From contig NC_068996.1 of NCBI RefSeq assembly GCF_001194135.2, forward strand, positions 23,386,181 to 23,431,681: 45,501 nt of DNA, in the 5' to 3' direction. Within the stretch, counting starts at the first letter, position 1; every line of letters starts with the position of its first letter. The translations under genes and the position numbers were made by a program. The notes under the pieces were generated by a model. The model searched no databases and was not told the DNA's origin. It worked only from the letters and a program-made list of their open reading frames with translations. Origin of the DNA: Octopus bimaculoides (taxonomy: Eukaryota). Below, piece after piece: positions 1 to 45,297 of the stretch.

Positions 1-89
1 AATCACAAAGAATTCTTTTGGTGATATTTATTCCTTAAAAAATCTCCGATTTCCTGTGAGAATTGGATTTTTAAGTATGTGCATGTGTT

Positions 90-1012
90 TTATGTTGTTT
101 GAATGATTTGTATATATGCATGTAGGGAGATCGTGAATGTGACAAAATCTTCTTGTGTAATGACTGTGTGTGTTATATACTTCATTAATTCGTTGATTTT
201 TGTGGTTATTGCCATGTAGTTTGTAATGTTAGTCACTTTATTTTGTGTTTGTTGTTGTTGTGGTTGTGTGTGTGGAATGGCTTGTGTTTTAGGTGTCGAT
301 GCAGTGTTTGTTCTGTGTGTATTTGTTTTTGTTGGTTTGATTTTTTTCTTTCTACTTCTTGTGTGCATGAGGATTGTTGTTGCTTGTCCATATGTTTGTT
401 TTTCTTTCTATCTCTTTTCCGCTTTTTAGTTTTCAACTTCCATTCCTTATCGCGGTCCGACTGTCCCCCTGTGATGTCCACGTGCTCCGTATTGGAAAGT
501 GGAAACTCTTCGGGCGCTGAGAAGTGTCTGGGGAAACTCGGTGTCGGTATGGTTGTTGGTGTAGGCAAATCTGCTAATAGTGATGGTGCTGCTGCTGCTG
601 TTGTCGCTTGAGTTCTGGTGACTGTTGGTGTAGGGAGGAGAAGTGACCGTCTCTTTTTCTTCAGTCTAGGGCAAAAGGCCTTTAAATGATTATTTGAAAA
701 GCAAATGTGGCGCTTTGCTTTCCTTCCATCTACTCTGACTGGAATTATGCGGCCTACAGGAAGAAGAATCTGGTCTGAGATGAGATCCACATTCTTTTAG
801 GTCGTTTGTATGAGTAGTTCTATGGTCATCCCGGACCAGTTCTCCTTTTTGGTCTGATAGGCTTCGAGGATTTTCGAGTTTTCCTCGATGTCTATCGTTA
901 CTGCAGCAAATAGCTACAGAATGGCTATTTCTGATGTTACCTGTTGAATGATGATTTTGGCCAGTCTCTGGCAGCCATAGAAAGGAACCAACAACAGCTT
1001 CTCCCTTTTGAG
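90..1012 (-). mobile_element. Decayed L1/Tx1-type ORF1 (Gag-like) remnant, copy 1
   Basis: Frame LKREKLLLVPFYGCQRLAKIIIQQVTSEIAIL*LFAAV...ENWSGMTIELLIQTT*KNVDLISDQILLPVGRIIPVRVDGRKAKRHICFSNNHLKAFCP aligns to the 42276-42944 ORF; degenerate zinc knuckle, then a Thr/Pro-rich and basic tail; internal stops. Confidence 0.6.
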
Positions 1013-1065
1013 AGGATTCAGAGAGTGATATAATACGAGATTCCGAGTTCAATTCCAGGCAATGA

Positions 1066-1069
<4 letters not shown>

Positions 1070-1128
<59 letters not shown>

Positions 1129-1178
1129 TAATAACAATAATAACAATAATAACAATAATAACAATAATAATAATAATA

Positions 1179-1226
<48 letters not shown>

Positions 1227-1267
1227 TCGAAAANNNNNNNNNNACAATAATAATAATAATAATAATA

Positions 1268-1315
<48 letters not shown>
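1070..1315. repeat. (AAT)n/(AAC) microsatellite containing a 10-N gap
   Basis: Direct reading; AACATCGAAA appears both before the gap (~1223) and at ~1312, possibly an assembly duplication. Confidence 0.95.
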
Positions 1316-1363
1316 TCGAAAAATACCTTAGGAACGAAAACCCAGGTTCGAAATTTCCCCCAA

Positions 1364-1409
1364 GACACCTGATGAAGGCTGGAGGGTATATCAGCCGAAA
1401 TGTTGTGTT
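1364..1409 (+). ncRNA. Minimal type I hammerhead ribozyme motif
   Basis: GACAC-CTGATGA-A-GGCTG(gagggtatat)CAGCC-GAAA-TGTT-GTGTT: stem I GACAC/GTGTT, perfect 5-bp stem II, intact core, GUU triplet. Confidence 0.7.
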
Positions 1410-2550
1410 AACAACAAACAAGATGGGGACAAATATCCACCAAATGTAAATGTGTACATAATTCCTCATCTCTTAAATATAGAAATGTATTAAAAGAATG
1501 TGTGTGTATATGTGTGAGTGTGTGTCGTTGTGAAGGTTTTGCCTGTAAACAAGACTAACAAAATAAGAAAAATAAATAAAATTTAAAAAATCAACAATGT
1601 GTAAACGAAATTATAATAATATCATTCTTTACTCAAAAAAGCAGGGTGTACTTTGAAAGGCAAGATTTGACTGCTATTTCTTGCAGTCTGAATGACCAAT
1701 TAGACATTCTTTCAATGCTGTTGATTTTGTCAACAGCGTTTTCCTTTCAGCTGTTGTATAAGCAACAGCTGTCATTGTTATCATTTGTTTAGTAATATTG
1801 TCGCAGGTAATATTGGTCAGTTTTTTTTTATAATTGTTGTTGTTGTTGTTTCTGTTATTATTATCTTCTTAGGAGCGTTTTCTAATAGATAACAACGGTG
1901 ACAGGATCAATATGCAACATAAAAAAAAATAAGCTAAAACGTTTTGTAATCACGGAAATTCTGGCACACGTTGTGTGCGTGTGCGTATGTATGTGAATGT
2001 GTAAGAGTTTTCGTATATTTGGGCGTTTTTTTAACGTCCGGTTCAACCCCAACAAACACCACCACCAGCAACAGGAACACCATCCATGCCAGCGTAAATA
2101 TTAGCTCAATACATATTGTCCAGGCATTGTTTTTATATCTGGACGCTCTTAACGCCGTTAATCTATATCTGTCGTGTTTTAAGGTAGGTAGGGAGTTTTT
2201 TTTCTATTTCTACAAGTTTTTCAAAGTACAGTTTGCCATCTAAACCATTTATTAATATTGAAATGACAATGTAGAACACTTCATCGTAGAACATGCAATT
2301 TACATGTATAAGTGTAGTAGATATGTTTGCGCGTGTGATTATATGTGTGTGTATGGGGTGTGTCAAAATGTGGTGTTTTTATTGCTTTCTTGACTTTGAG
2401 ACAAAATATATTTTTTACAAATATTCACTACCTTGCAAAAAATAAATCAGCTAAGCAAACGTCCTTCCCTAAATGCATTAAAAGCATAATTAAAAACATA
2501 ATCTAATCACTAGAAAATTATTAACGTTCTCTTTGAGCATATATAAAAGA

Positions 2551-3062
2551 CAAATTTGGCTGGGGCAAAATGAGTAAGACAAGATAAAATAAATTTGCTG
2601 CGTCAGTTCTCCAGAAAACCAATTCATACACATCAATATCCATCCCTTGATATCAGAAAGATCAAAGATGCAAAAACAAAAGAAATTAAAAAAAATATAA
2701 ATATCTAAATCAAATGAAAGAGGATCAGGGGAAAATGGCACTTGATATGAAATTAACAAAGCTAAATAAAAAAAATAACACGATCTACTATCTATAGCTT
2801 CATCATAATCTGCTGGGAGTGTCCTCTTTGTGATATATTTACTCACGATACAGTTAAAGAGAAGAAATTACTGAAATTAGACTTTGTGGCACGTAAAAGC
2901 ACCCACTACACTCTTGGGGTGGTTGGTGTTAGGAAGGGCATCCAGCTGTAGAAACTCTGCCAAATCAGATTGGAGCCTAGTGTAGCCATCTGGTTTCACC
3001 AATCCTCAGTTAAATCGTCCAACCCATGCTAGCATGGAAAGCGGACGTTAAAAGACGACAAC

Positions 3063-3101
<39 letters not shown>

Positions 3102-3467
3102 AATCCCTTTTTAGACATCAGTTTTTGAAACTTGAAAATTATAAAATTAGACATTAGAATTGGGAAAAAATTTGACTTGGAATCCAACAGAGAAAAGAAT
3201 ATTGATTGTTAAACAGCTAAAATTATCCATATATTTTATTATCAACCTCAATTACAATCGGGTCAAAGTTGAGGGAAAATTTCTTGAAAAAGAAAAGGAG
3301 CTTACCACCTGACTATGTTTTGGACACTCTCAACTTCAATGACAACTATGCTGACCAACTTCCACTCCTAAAATAATGATACAATACTTGCAGTGTAATG
3401 ATTCCAAACATGTAATGAGAAAATAATGTGAGATCAGGAGTTACTCATTTTGCCCCAGTTACTAATT
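2551..3467. mobile_element. Putative fossil DNA transposon/MITE bounded by an 18-bp perfect inverted repeat
   Basis: CTGGGGCAAAATGAGTAA (2560-2577) versus TTACTCATTTTGCCCCAG (3441-3458), with imperfect outward extension CAAATT.. Confidence 0.45.
2886..3100 (+). mobile_element. RTE 3'-end / RTE-tail SINE copy with (GAT)n tail
   Basis: CACGTAAAAGCACCCACTACACTC...GGAAGGGCATCCAGCTGTAGAAAC...GGACGTTAAA-(GAT)n; at least 10 related copies in the window. Confidence 0.85.
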
Positions 3468-3954
3468 TGTGCACTGCCCCTCTATCTCTACATATATACA
3501 ATAATGCCTTGATATACTAGTTAATTTGTTCCCAGAGACCACTAGTAAAGCAAAAACTCATAAAGCAGAGCAATAATTTCCCATAGTAGCAATGTTATAA
3601 ATCATAATTAATTCCCAGAAAAATATTTTACCTATAAAATTTATAATGCTTGTAAATAAATGGCAATAAAACAACAGTAAAATGTAAAGAATATTTTATG
3701 TGAAGTAAAAAGAATGCCAAGATCATTTATAATAAAGGATACGTTTTCTGAATTACTTTCACTCGCACTAGACTCACGTACACCATCACTTGTAGACGTA
3801 ATCGGTGATTCACAAGCACTTGCAGACAAATTTGTAGATTTCTTTTTAAAAAACAAGATGAGAGTTGTTTGGTTAGAAGCTTTTTTTTGCTCTATAAATT
3901 TCTCAGTAACATGCAGAAGAATTTGTTATGGTAGTAGAAACTTTTGCACACAGA

Positions 3955-4181
3955 AGGTGGTGAGCTGGCAGAATCGTTAGCACACTGGGCGAAATGCTTA
4001 GCCGTATTTCGTCCGTCTTTACATTCTGAGTTCAAATTCCACCGAGGTCGACTTAGCCTTTCATCCTTTCGGGGTCGGTTAAATAAGTACCAGTTATGCA
4101 CTATATAATCGACTTAATCCGTTTGTCTGTCCTTGTTTGTCCCCTCTGTGTGTAGCCCCTTGTGGGCAGTAAAGAAATAAG
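3955..4181 (+). mobile_element. tRNA-derived SINE (family 2)
   Basis: GAGCTGGCAGAATCGTTAG...GAGTTCAAATTCC (B box)...GGTCGACTTAGCCTTTCATCCTTTCGGGGTCG central domain; near-identical copy at 7393-7624. Confidence 0.85.
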
Positions 4182-4484
4182 AAACTTTTGCACTAAGTTC
4201 AAAATTTGGATCTTGTGCTTGAAAAATAAAACTCTAAAACCCAAGGTCTTGTAAAGCAGGTCCTCGGTCCTCATAAAGTGAGGTATTACTGTATATATAT
4301 TTATGTGTGTGAGTGTGTATGTGTGTGTGTGTGTGTGATACATACATATATAAATGTATGTATCATTAGAGCATCATATATCCAAAAAAAGCACACTCTA
4401 AAGTATAGAGCAGTAATGCATTTATATGTAGTTAAGTCTATGTCCAGTCATAGAGTGACCATTGGTTTTGCATCTACAAGTGCT

Positions 4485-5440
4485 TAGCCCCATATGGTCC
4501 CATTCTCCAGTTTGGGCTTATACCAGCTTCCTCTTACTGAGTCTCCTGCGCTTACTTTCTCTAGGATCTCCTGCATCATCATTACCATCCTCTCTCCCAC
4601 TTTGTCTCTGCAGCTTGCCCCATATGCTCATCTCTTGACACAGCCGCATGCTATTCAAAGCCACCTCACTATTGGATAGTGACCTACTACTCTCCCACAC
4701 GTTGAGGATAGTTCTCATCCGTTGATGCTGGTATCCAGTTCTGGAATCTCATTTCTTCTCTGAAATACCAACATACCTGTTTTGTCTCTATGAAGCTTGA
4801 CCCCCCCAATGCAGCTCCTCCAACTATTGTTTCTGGTGGTTTTGCAGTCAGACTGAACTTCTGCATGACCTCTACAACAGATACTACAATCTCGTCTACC
4901 AGGATGTCCTCCATATAGGAATTGGTGACCTTTTTTAACTTGTCCACCTGTCCTAGGATAGATTTGAGCACTGTTTCCATGATCTTTGGTGCAGAATTCA
5001 GCCTGAAACTCAGCCTAGTCAAACAGTATGTCTGGCCCTTATATCTCACCAGCTGATGCTTCCACAATTTCTTGCTTACATAGAGCTGCAGATATGCCAA
5101 CTTCAAGTTGAGAATTGTTGCAGCCCAGGTCATCCATCTCCATTCTCACAACATCTCTCCAAAGACATCAGTCACCTCACTACCCATGTGACATGATACA
5201 TGATCATTCACCTCTTGAAAGTCCAGTACCAGCCTGATCTTGGCCTTTGTACGATCCTTCCATAAAGGCTTCCTTTAGGCACTGCTCAATTTTCTCTGTG
5301 TACAGCTGGTTTCTTTCATCCATTTTGAGGTACAGTGCCAACATGTTTCCCTCCAGGTACAGAGCCATGAGACCTGCTACATCTTCAATGCTTTGCAATC
5401 TGGCTGCCACCTTGATCTTACAGATGATAAAAGTGATGGA
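4485..5440 (-). mobile_element. Gypsy-type LTR retrotransposon remnant (gag fragment fused to RT and connection region)
   Basis: Gag: RLQSIEDVAGLMALYLEGNMLALYLKM..CLKEAF; RT: KIRLVLDFQEVN..LKLAYLQL..YCLTRLSFRLNSAPKIM..SYMEDILVD; downstream CGRVVGHYPIVRWL; stops and frameshifts. Confidence 0.85.
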
Positions 5441-5644
5441 GGAATAAGTGATAAAGATGTGAGAGGGTGGAGAAGGCTTGACAAGAACAAACAGAGGATT
5501 GGGGTTCAATGTATACACAATGCTTTAAAAATCTCAGGTTTGCCATAATGGGCACATCTTGAATACTGCATATTACCAACCATCCTGGTCCTTTATCATC
5601 TCTTCAATGAGGTTCAACTTGCTGAGATTGCTCTTACTCTTTTA

Positions 5645-5846
5645 CTCTTTTACTTGTTTCAGTCTTTTGACTGTGGCCATGCTGGAGCACCACCTTTAGT
5701 CGAGGAAATCGACCCTAGGACTTATTCTTTGGAAGCCTAGTACTTATTCTATTGGTCGCTTTTTGCTGAACCGCTAAGTTACGGGGACGTAAACACACCA
5801 GCATCGGTTGTCAAGCGATGTTGAGGGGACAAACACAGACACACAA

Positions 5847-5895
<49 letters not shown>

Positions 5896-6060
5896 TACGA
5901 CGAGCTTCTTTCAGTTTCCGTCTACCAAATCCACTCACAAGGCTTTGGTCGGCCCGAGACTATAGTAGAAGACACTTGCCCAAGGTGCCACGCAGTGGGA
6001 ATGAACCCGGAACCATGTGGCTGGTAAGGAAGCTACTTACCAGACAGCCACTCCTGCGCC
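5645..6060 (-). mobile_element. tRNA-derived SINE (family 3) with internal (TA)n, full length
   Basis: Reverse complement of GGCGCAGGAGTGGCTG..GGTTCATTCCCACTGCGTGGCACCTTGGGCAAGTGTC.. ending CAGTCAAAAGACTGAAACAAGTAAAAGA; many copies in the window. Confidence 0.85.
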
Positions 6061-6885
6061 TTCAATACTTTGTCTTTTTCTTTCTGGATTTCCTTCTTCC
6101 AAAAGTTCCATCCACATTAAGAAATTAGAGATTCTTTATGCAGCTACCATTGTCCATATGCGTCACATGCCCATATCAACATAATCTTCTCTTTTTCACA
6201 CTATATCCGATGTTTCTTGTTCCCAATTTTTCTCTAGACATATTTGCACTTTGTCATACATGCACATTGACATTGTTCACCCTGCAGAACATGCTAGCTT
6301 ATTTCTTTATAGTTTTTGCAAGTCCTCGGCATTCAGAGTCCATGTCTCATGACCATGAATCTTTGCAGTTCATACATAACCATACAGCCTGTCTGCATTT
6401 CACTCTGATAGAAAATCCTTTTGCTACCAACAGTGGTAATAACTCTCTGAACTTTATCCAGTTTATTTGAGTTTAGAAATCCTCTTGACCCATACTAGAA
6501 CATCTAAAAGAGTTGACTGACAAGCTAAAATAGTAGTCAAATCTCGCCAGACTCAAAACACACTATATTTACAAAAAAAAAAAGATAAGGTAGTTTGGGC
6601 AAAAAAACAAAAAAAAAAAAACTTCAAAAGGTGGAGTTATATCTAAAACATCACTGATATTAGGTTTTCTTATTTGACTCTGACTTGGATTGAGGCTAAA
6701 TATCAGAAGTAACAACAACAACAACAGCAGCAACAGCAGCCACAACAACAGCAACAACTAAAAAAAAAAAATCTTGTATGTCCCATGCTTGTATGTTAAA
6801 ATCACTAGTAAAACAAATCAGACGAGTCAGATAAAATAACTCAGATTCTTTGGAAATTTCATTTCAGGATCCTCACTACAAAAAG

Positions 6886-41586
<34,701 letters not shown>

Positions 41587-41599
41587 GTAAGTTGTAGCA

Positions 41600-41651
<52 letters not shown>

Positions 41652-41924
41652 GTGGTCTTATCATTGCCTCCATACTGTGAAGTCACGGAAATTTGGTGCT
41701 TTGTAAGTTGCAAAAGTGTTTGTAATCTTTTCAGTTTTCTAAGGCCCCGTCTTTTCAATTCTTTAGTTACCATTACATTTCTGAGATTGTCTGGACTGTG
41801 CAGATAGTATTTTAGTGTAGAAATACCCTCTGTTTTGCAGGGGGATGTGCTTCAATAACTTTTGCATTTTAACTGCTTTTGGCAAAAACAAATATCTTGC
41901 AATTTTCTGTAATTATTTAAAGAT

Positions 41925-42944
41925 GGCTGAAGAAGCCATCATAATGTTTGACAAAGGAATGCACTCCTTGTCGGGGAAAATTGAGAACAAGGAAAGAATT
42001 GAGAATATGAATATCGAATTGCCTAAACTTAATGACATCACTGAGGTGAAAAATGTTTCACCTCTAAGTAGCGTCAAAACTTTTGGTGTTGACAACGAGA
42101 ACAACAACAGCAACAGTAGCAGCAGTAACAGCAGCAACAACAGCAACAACAATAACAACATCAACAACAATATGAAAGAAATAAAACATAAAAATGCAAA
42201 TATCGCCTCTGTGTCTTTTGTGTCAGCGGTGGGAAATATGCTCCTGAGAGTGAAGTACAAAAATGCCTTGGGTGCTTGTGGGAACAAAAGACCCACATCA
42301 CCCAAGGAAAGAAGTTTGGAACCATTGAGGTGAGATTTGGGACAGAAGAAGGCAGATGTAATTCCACAACCACTTTGAGGAATGACAACTTTTTCTTAAT
42401 CCCCAGCTATTGTGGCCAATGCCTTGCCAAAATTAGGGTGCTGAATGTGCCACCAGAAATATCCATTACCTGGTTAGTGGTGGCCGAATTGACAGGTTTA
42501 GAAGACGAAGTCACAATATTGGAGGTCAAGAAATTACCTAAACAAAACTGGTTAGGTATAGGCATGGAACTGACCTTGCTATGCAAGCAGGACCATATCG
42601 ACCAGCTGCCTCATCTAATCAGTCTCCTGGATGGTACTCACCTGTCAGTGTTTATGGAGAGTGGAAAGCCAAGATGCCTTAAATGTGGATCTGTAAATCA
42701 CTTAAAGACTTTATGCCCTGAAACAAGACAAAACAAAGTCTCATTGTTGCCAACATTACAAATACAAATGCAAAATCATAAACAAGTACTCAAGACTCCT
42801 ACACCTACTGCCACTCCCAAACCAAGACAAAGAAGAAGTCTGCCTCCGGTTGCCACAAAAAAGCAAGTTTTGCCTGAATGCTCTTCCTCCCAAACCAACA
42901 TCAACTGCAATGACATGGAGAAAGAAGAGCTGAACGATCAGTGA
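41925..42944 (+). mobile_element. L1/Tx1-type ORF1 (Gag-like) remnant, copy 2, one frameshift, intact CCHC knuckle
   Basis: Asn-rich linker, SFVSAVG, then [frameshift] KKFGTIEVRF..FLIPSYCGQCLAKIRVLNVPPEI..NWLGIGMEL..KPRCLKCGSVNHLKTLCP (Cx2Cx4Hx4C). Confidence 0.65.
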
Positions 42945-43304
42945 ATCACAATGACAAATATACCTTGATGTATGTACATTTCGAGCATGTAGGAATTTTG
43001 AAGGAAACAACTGCAGGTTATTTTTGGGAAGTGTTCCCCACTCGGTGGTGTTTCGGAGCAAGCCGTCCATATTTGTTTCCTTTTTCTCTGTATGTGTATC
43101 CGTAGATTTCTAATGAAGTAATAGGCAGTGAAGAGAAGCCGTCATAAGAAAACTTTTAACTACTTCTATTCCTTTCTCCCCCTCTCCCTACCTCTTCCTC
43201 TCTCGCTCTCTCAAAAGCATACACGTGCAAGTACACAATCATTCAGTAAAATATAACTCATGTTCGTCAATGTTTTGTAAATATACCATGATTTTCACCA
43301 CGGT

Positions 43305-43478
43305 GTTAGGGTTAGGGTTTAGGGTTACGGTTAGGGTTAGGATTAGTGTTACGGTTAGGGTTTTAGGGTTAGGGTTAGGGTTAGGATTAGTGTTACGGTT
43401 AGGGTTTTAGGGTTAGGGTTAGGGTTTAGGGTTAGTATTAGGGTTAGTGTTAGGATTAGGTTTAGGATTAGGGTTGGG
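43305..43478 (+). repeat. Interstitial telomere-like (TTAGGG)n tract with variants
   Basis: TTAGGG, TTTAGGG, TTACGG, TTAGGA and TTAGTG units. Confidence 0.9.
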
Positions 43479-43689
43479 TAATCGTGCAGGTGTTAATCTG
43501 AAAAATTACATATATGTGAAAAGTATTGACCCTGCCATCTATTATAACTTTTGTTGTTCTGTTTAATATATACATAGATTATACCTCCAAAGAAGAGAGT
43601 TTGCTGGGGAAAGAAAGCAACCGGTTTAAAATGACAGCAACAGACTGCAGCAATTCACCACATTCCAGAAGCTACTTTGAATATAATGC

Positions 43690-43925
43690 AAAATGATGCA
43701 TCAACATCTGCCCAATCTGATAGAATTCTGGCAAAACTGTGTAGCAACAGATCGCCAGCAATTGCTTCATCACAAATTGCCGTCCTAGCTCCTGCGAAAA
43801 TGGATTACTCTGCTATGTATAATCAGGGCAGCGCAAAAAGTTGTTTTGCACAAGCATTTCTATAGCCAATTAGACGGATGAAATTTACGTACACTTAATA
43901 ATGTTACACAAAACAGCCTTCAGAC
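43690..43925 (+). pseudogene. Degenerate hAT transposase C-terminal dimerisation-domain fragment
   Basis: LIEFWQN..KLPS*LLRKWITLL [frameshift] YNQGSAKSCFAQ resembles W..(F/Y)P.L..LA...L..P.S.A..ER.FS. Confidence 0.4.
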
Positions 43926-43999
43926 TTTCCCTATTAATTTCATCTTTTGAATTATGAACATATTTACATCATAAGGGATTTTTCATTGTAAGGCTTTCT

Positions 44000-44084
44000 T
44001 TTTTTTAGTTGATTTTCACCTAGCAAGACTTATCGTAAAAGGCGTAATAAGTCACACCCGGACAAGGTCGGGTTATACTGCTAG
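44000..44084 (+). mobile_element. Helitron 3' terminus
   Basis: GC-rich hairpin ACCCGGACAAGGTCGGGT (44056-44073), then CTAG (44081-44084) followed by T. Confidence 0.65.
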
Positions 44085-44636
44085 TACCTATATAAAAACA
44101 ATCATTTATCTGTCTACTTAGCTATTTACCTAGCTATCTAAATGTTTCTCGCCAGCTATAATTTAAGCGTGTATTATTACTGCTGTTGTGAAGTGTTCTG
44201 TTTTTCCTAATCTATAACATTATATAACTCTGTTTAATCAATTCTCTAATGTCTTTTGCTAAATGTTCTCATTCATGATAATGGCTTCCAGCAATTTTAG
44301 CTTTACACTTTAATAAATATAGAAATATTTGTTTGTTTAATTTCCTAAATCATGTCATGATATTTTCTATGGTGACATCTTGTGGTGACATTTAAACACA
44401 GTCTCTCTTTCCCTTTCTCACCCCTCCTCTCTCTCTCTCCAATATATCTCTTGCATGTTTAAGGAGAAGGAAATATGTCGCCTGCCATTTTCCATTTTCG
44501 TATCATGTTTTCTATTTCTCTCTTAAACAACAATGATAATTTATTACTGAAAAAAAATCAGCTGACAGAAAGAAATTGTTTTGGTGCTGAGACAGAGAAA
44601 CTGAAGCTTTTCTTTGATTAATCAAAGCTTTTTAAA

Positions 44637-44915
44637 TACACAAATTGCTCCAGCAATACACAAATTGCTCCAGCAATACACAAATTGCTCCCACGATATT
44701 GAAATTGTTTCAATATCTAAATTGCTTCAATAACATCTAAATTTTTCCAGCAACATAAAAGTTGTCCTAACAACATCTAAATTGCTTCAATAATATCAAA
44801 ATTTGTGCCAGTAACATCTAAACTGTTTCTATAATATTAAAATTTCTCCAACAATGCATAAATTGCTCCAATTGTATGTACATTGTTCTAACAATATGCA
44901 AATTGCTTCTGTGAT
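44637..44915. repeat. 20-21-bp minisatellite (AAATTGCTCCAGCAATACAC-like)
   Basis: Two perfect 20-bp units plus a partial third, then about 10 diverged units. Confidence 0.85.
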
Positions 44916-45297
44916 ACCTTAATCCAGTAATAAATGAGCTTTAGAAAGTATTATGTTAAACTAGAGGAAACAGACACAATGCTTCCATTTCATTCTTGTT
45001 TTCCCTAATAAATTCATCAGTGTTTTGTACTTTTCTAGTTATGTTTCTTTTGGTCCAATTTTTTTTTCTTTACAAAGCTCTTGTATTTCTGTAATAGCAT
45101 GTGCTCACAAATCAGCTACTACACACAACCATTCTAGATTGCATCCAAGAGACAAACTATCATTCATCAACTTGTTACAGTCACTGGCCCACTATTATGT
45201 TGTATTCTCCTCTAACCCTTATACCACTTCTTCAACAGCTTTTGCACTTCAGAACCAAACCAGCTGCATCGCATAATTCATAATCCATCTGCCTTCA

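Larger units (their letters stand above)
1038..1490 (+). mobile_element. Repeat element: B-box-like motif + (AAT)n + hammerhead-bearing Penelope-like terminal segment
   Basis: GAGTTCAATTCC at 1045-1056, (AAT)n 1070-1315, HHR fold 1364-1409; element boundaries approximate. Confidence 0.5.

Noticed and set aside
43305-43478. True chromosome end
   Set aside because: Ordinary sequence continues on both sides, the tract is degenerate, and the host gene is still incomplete.
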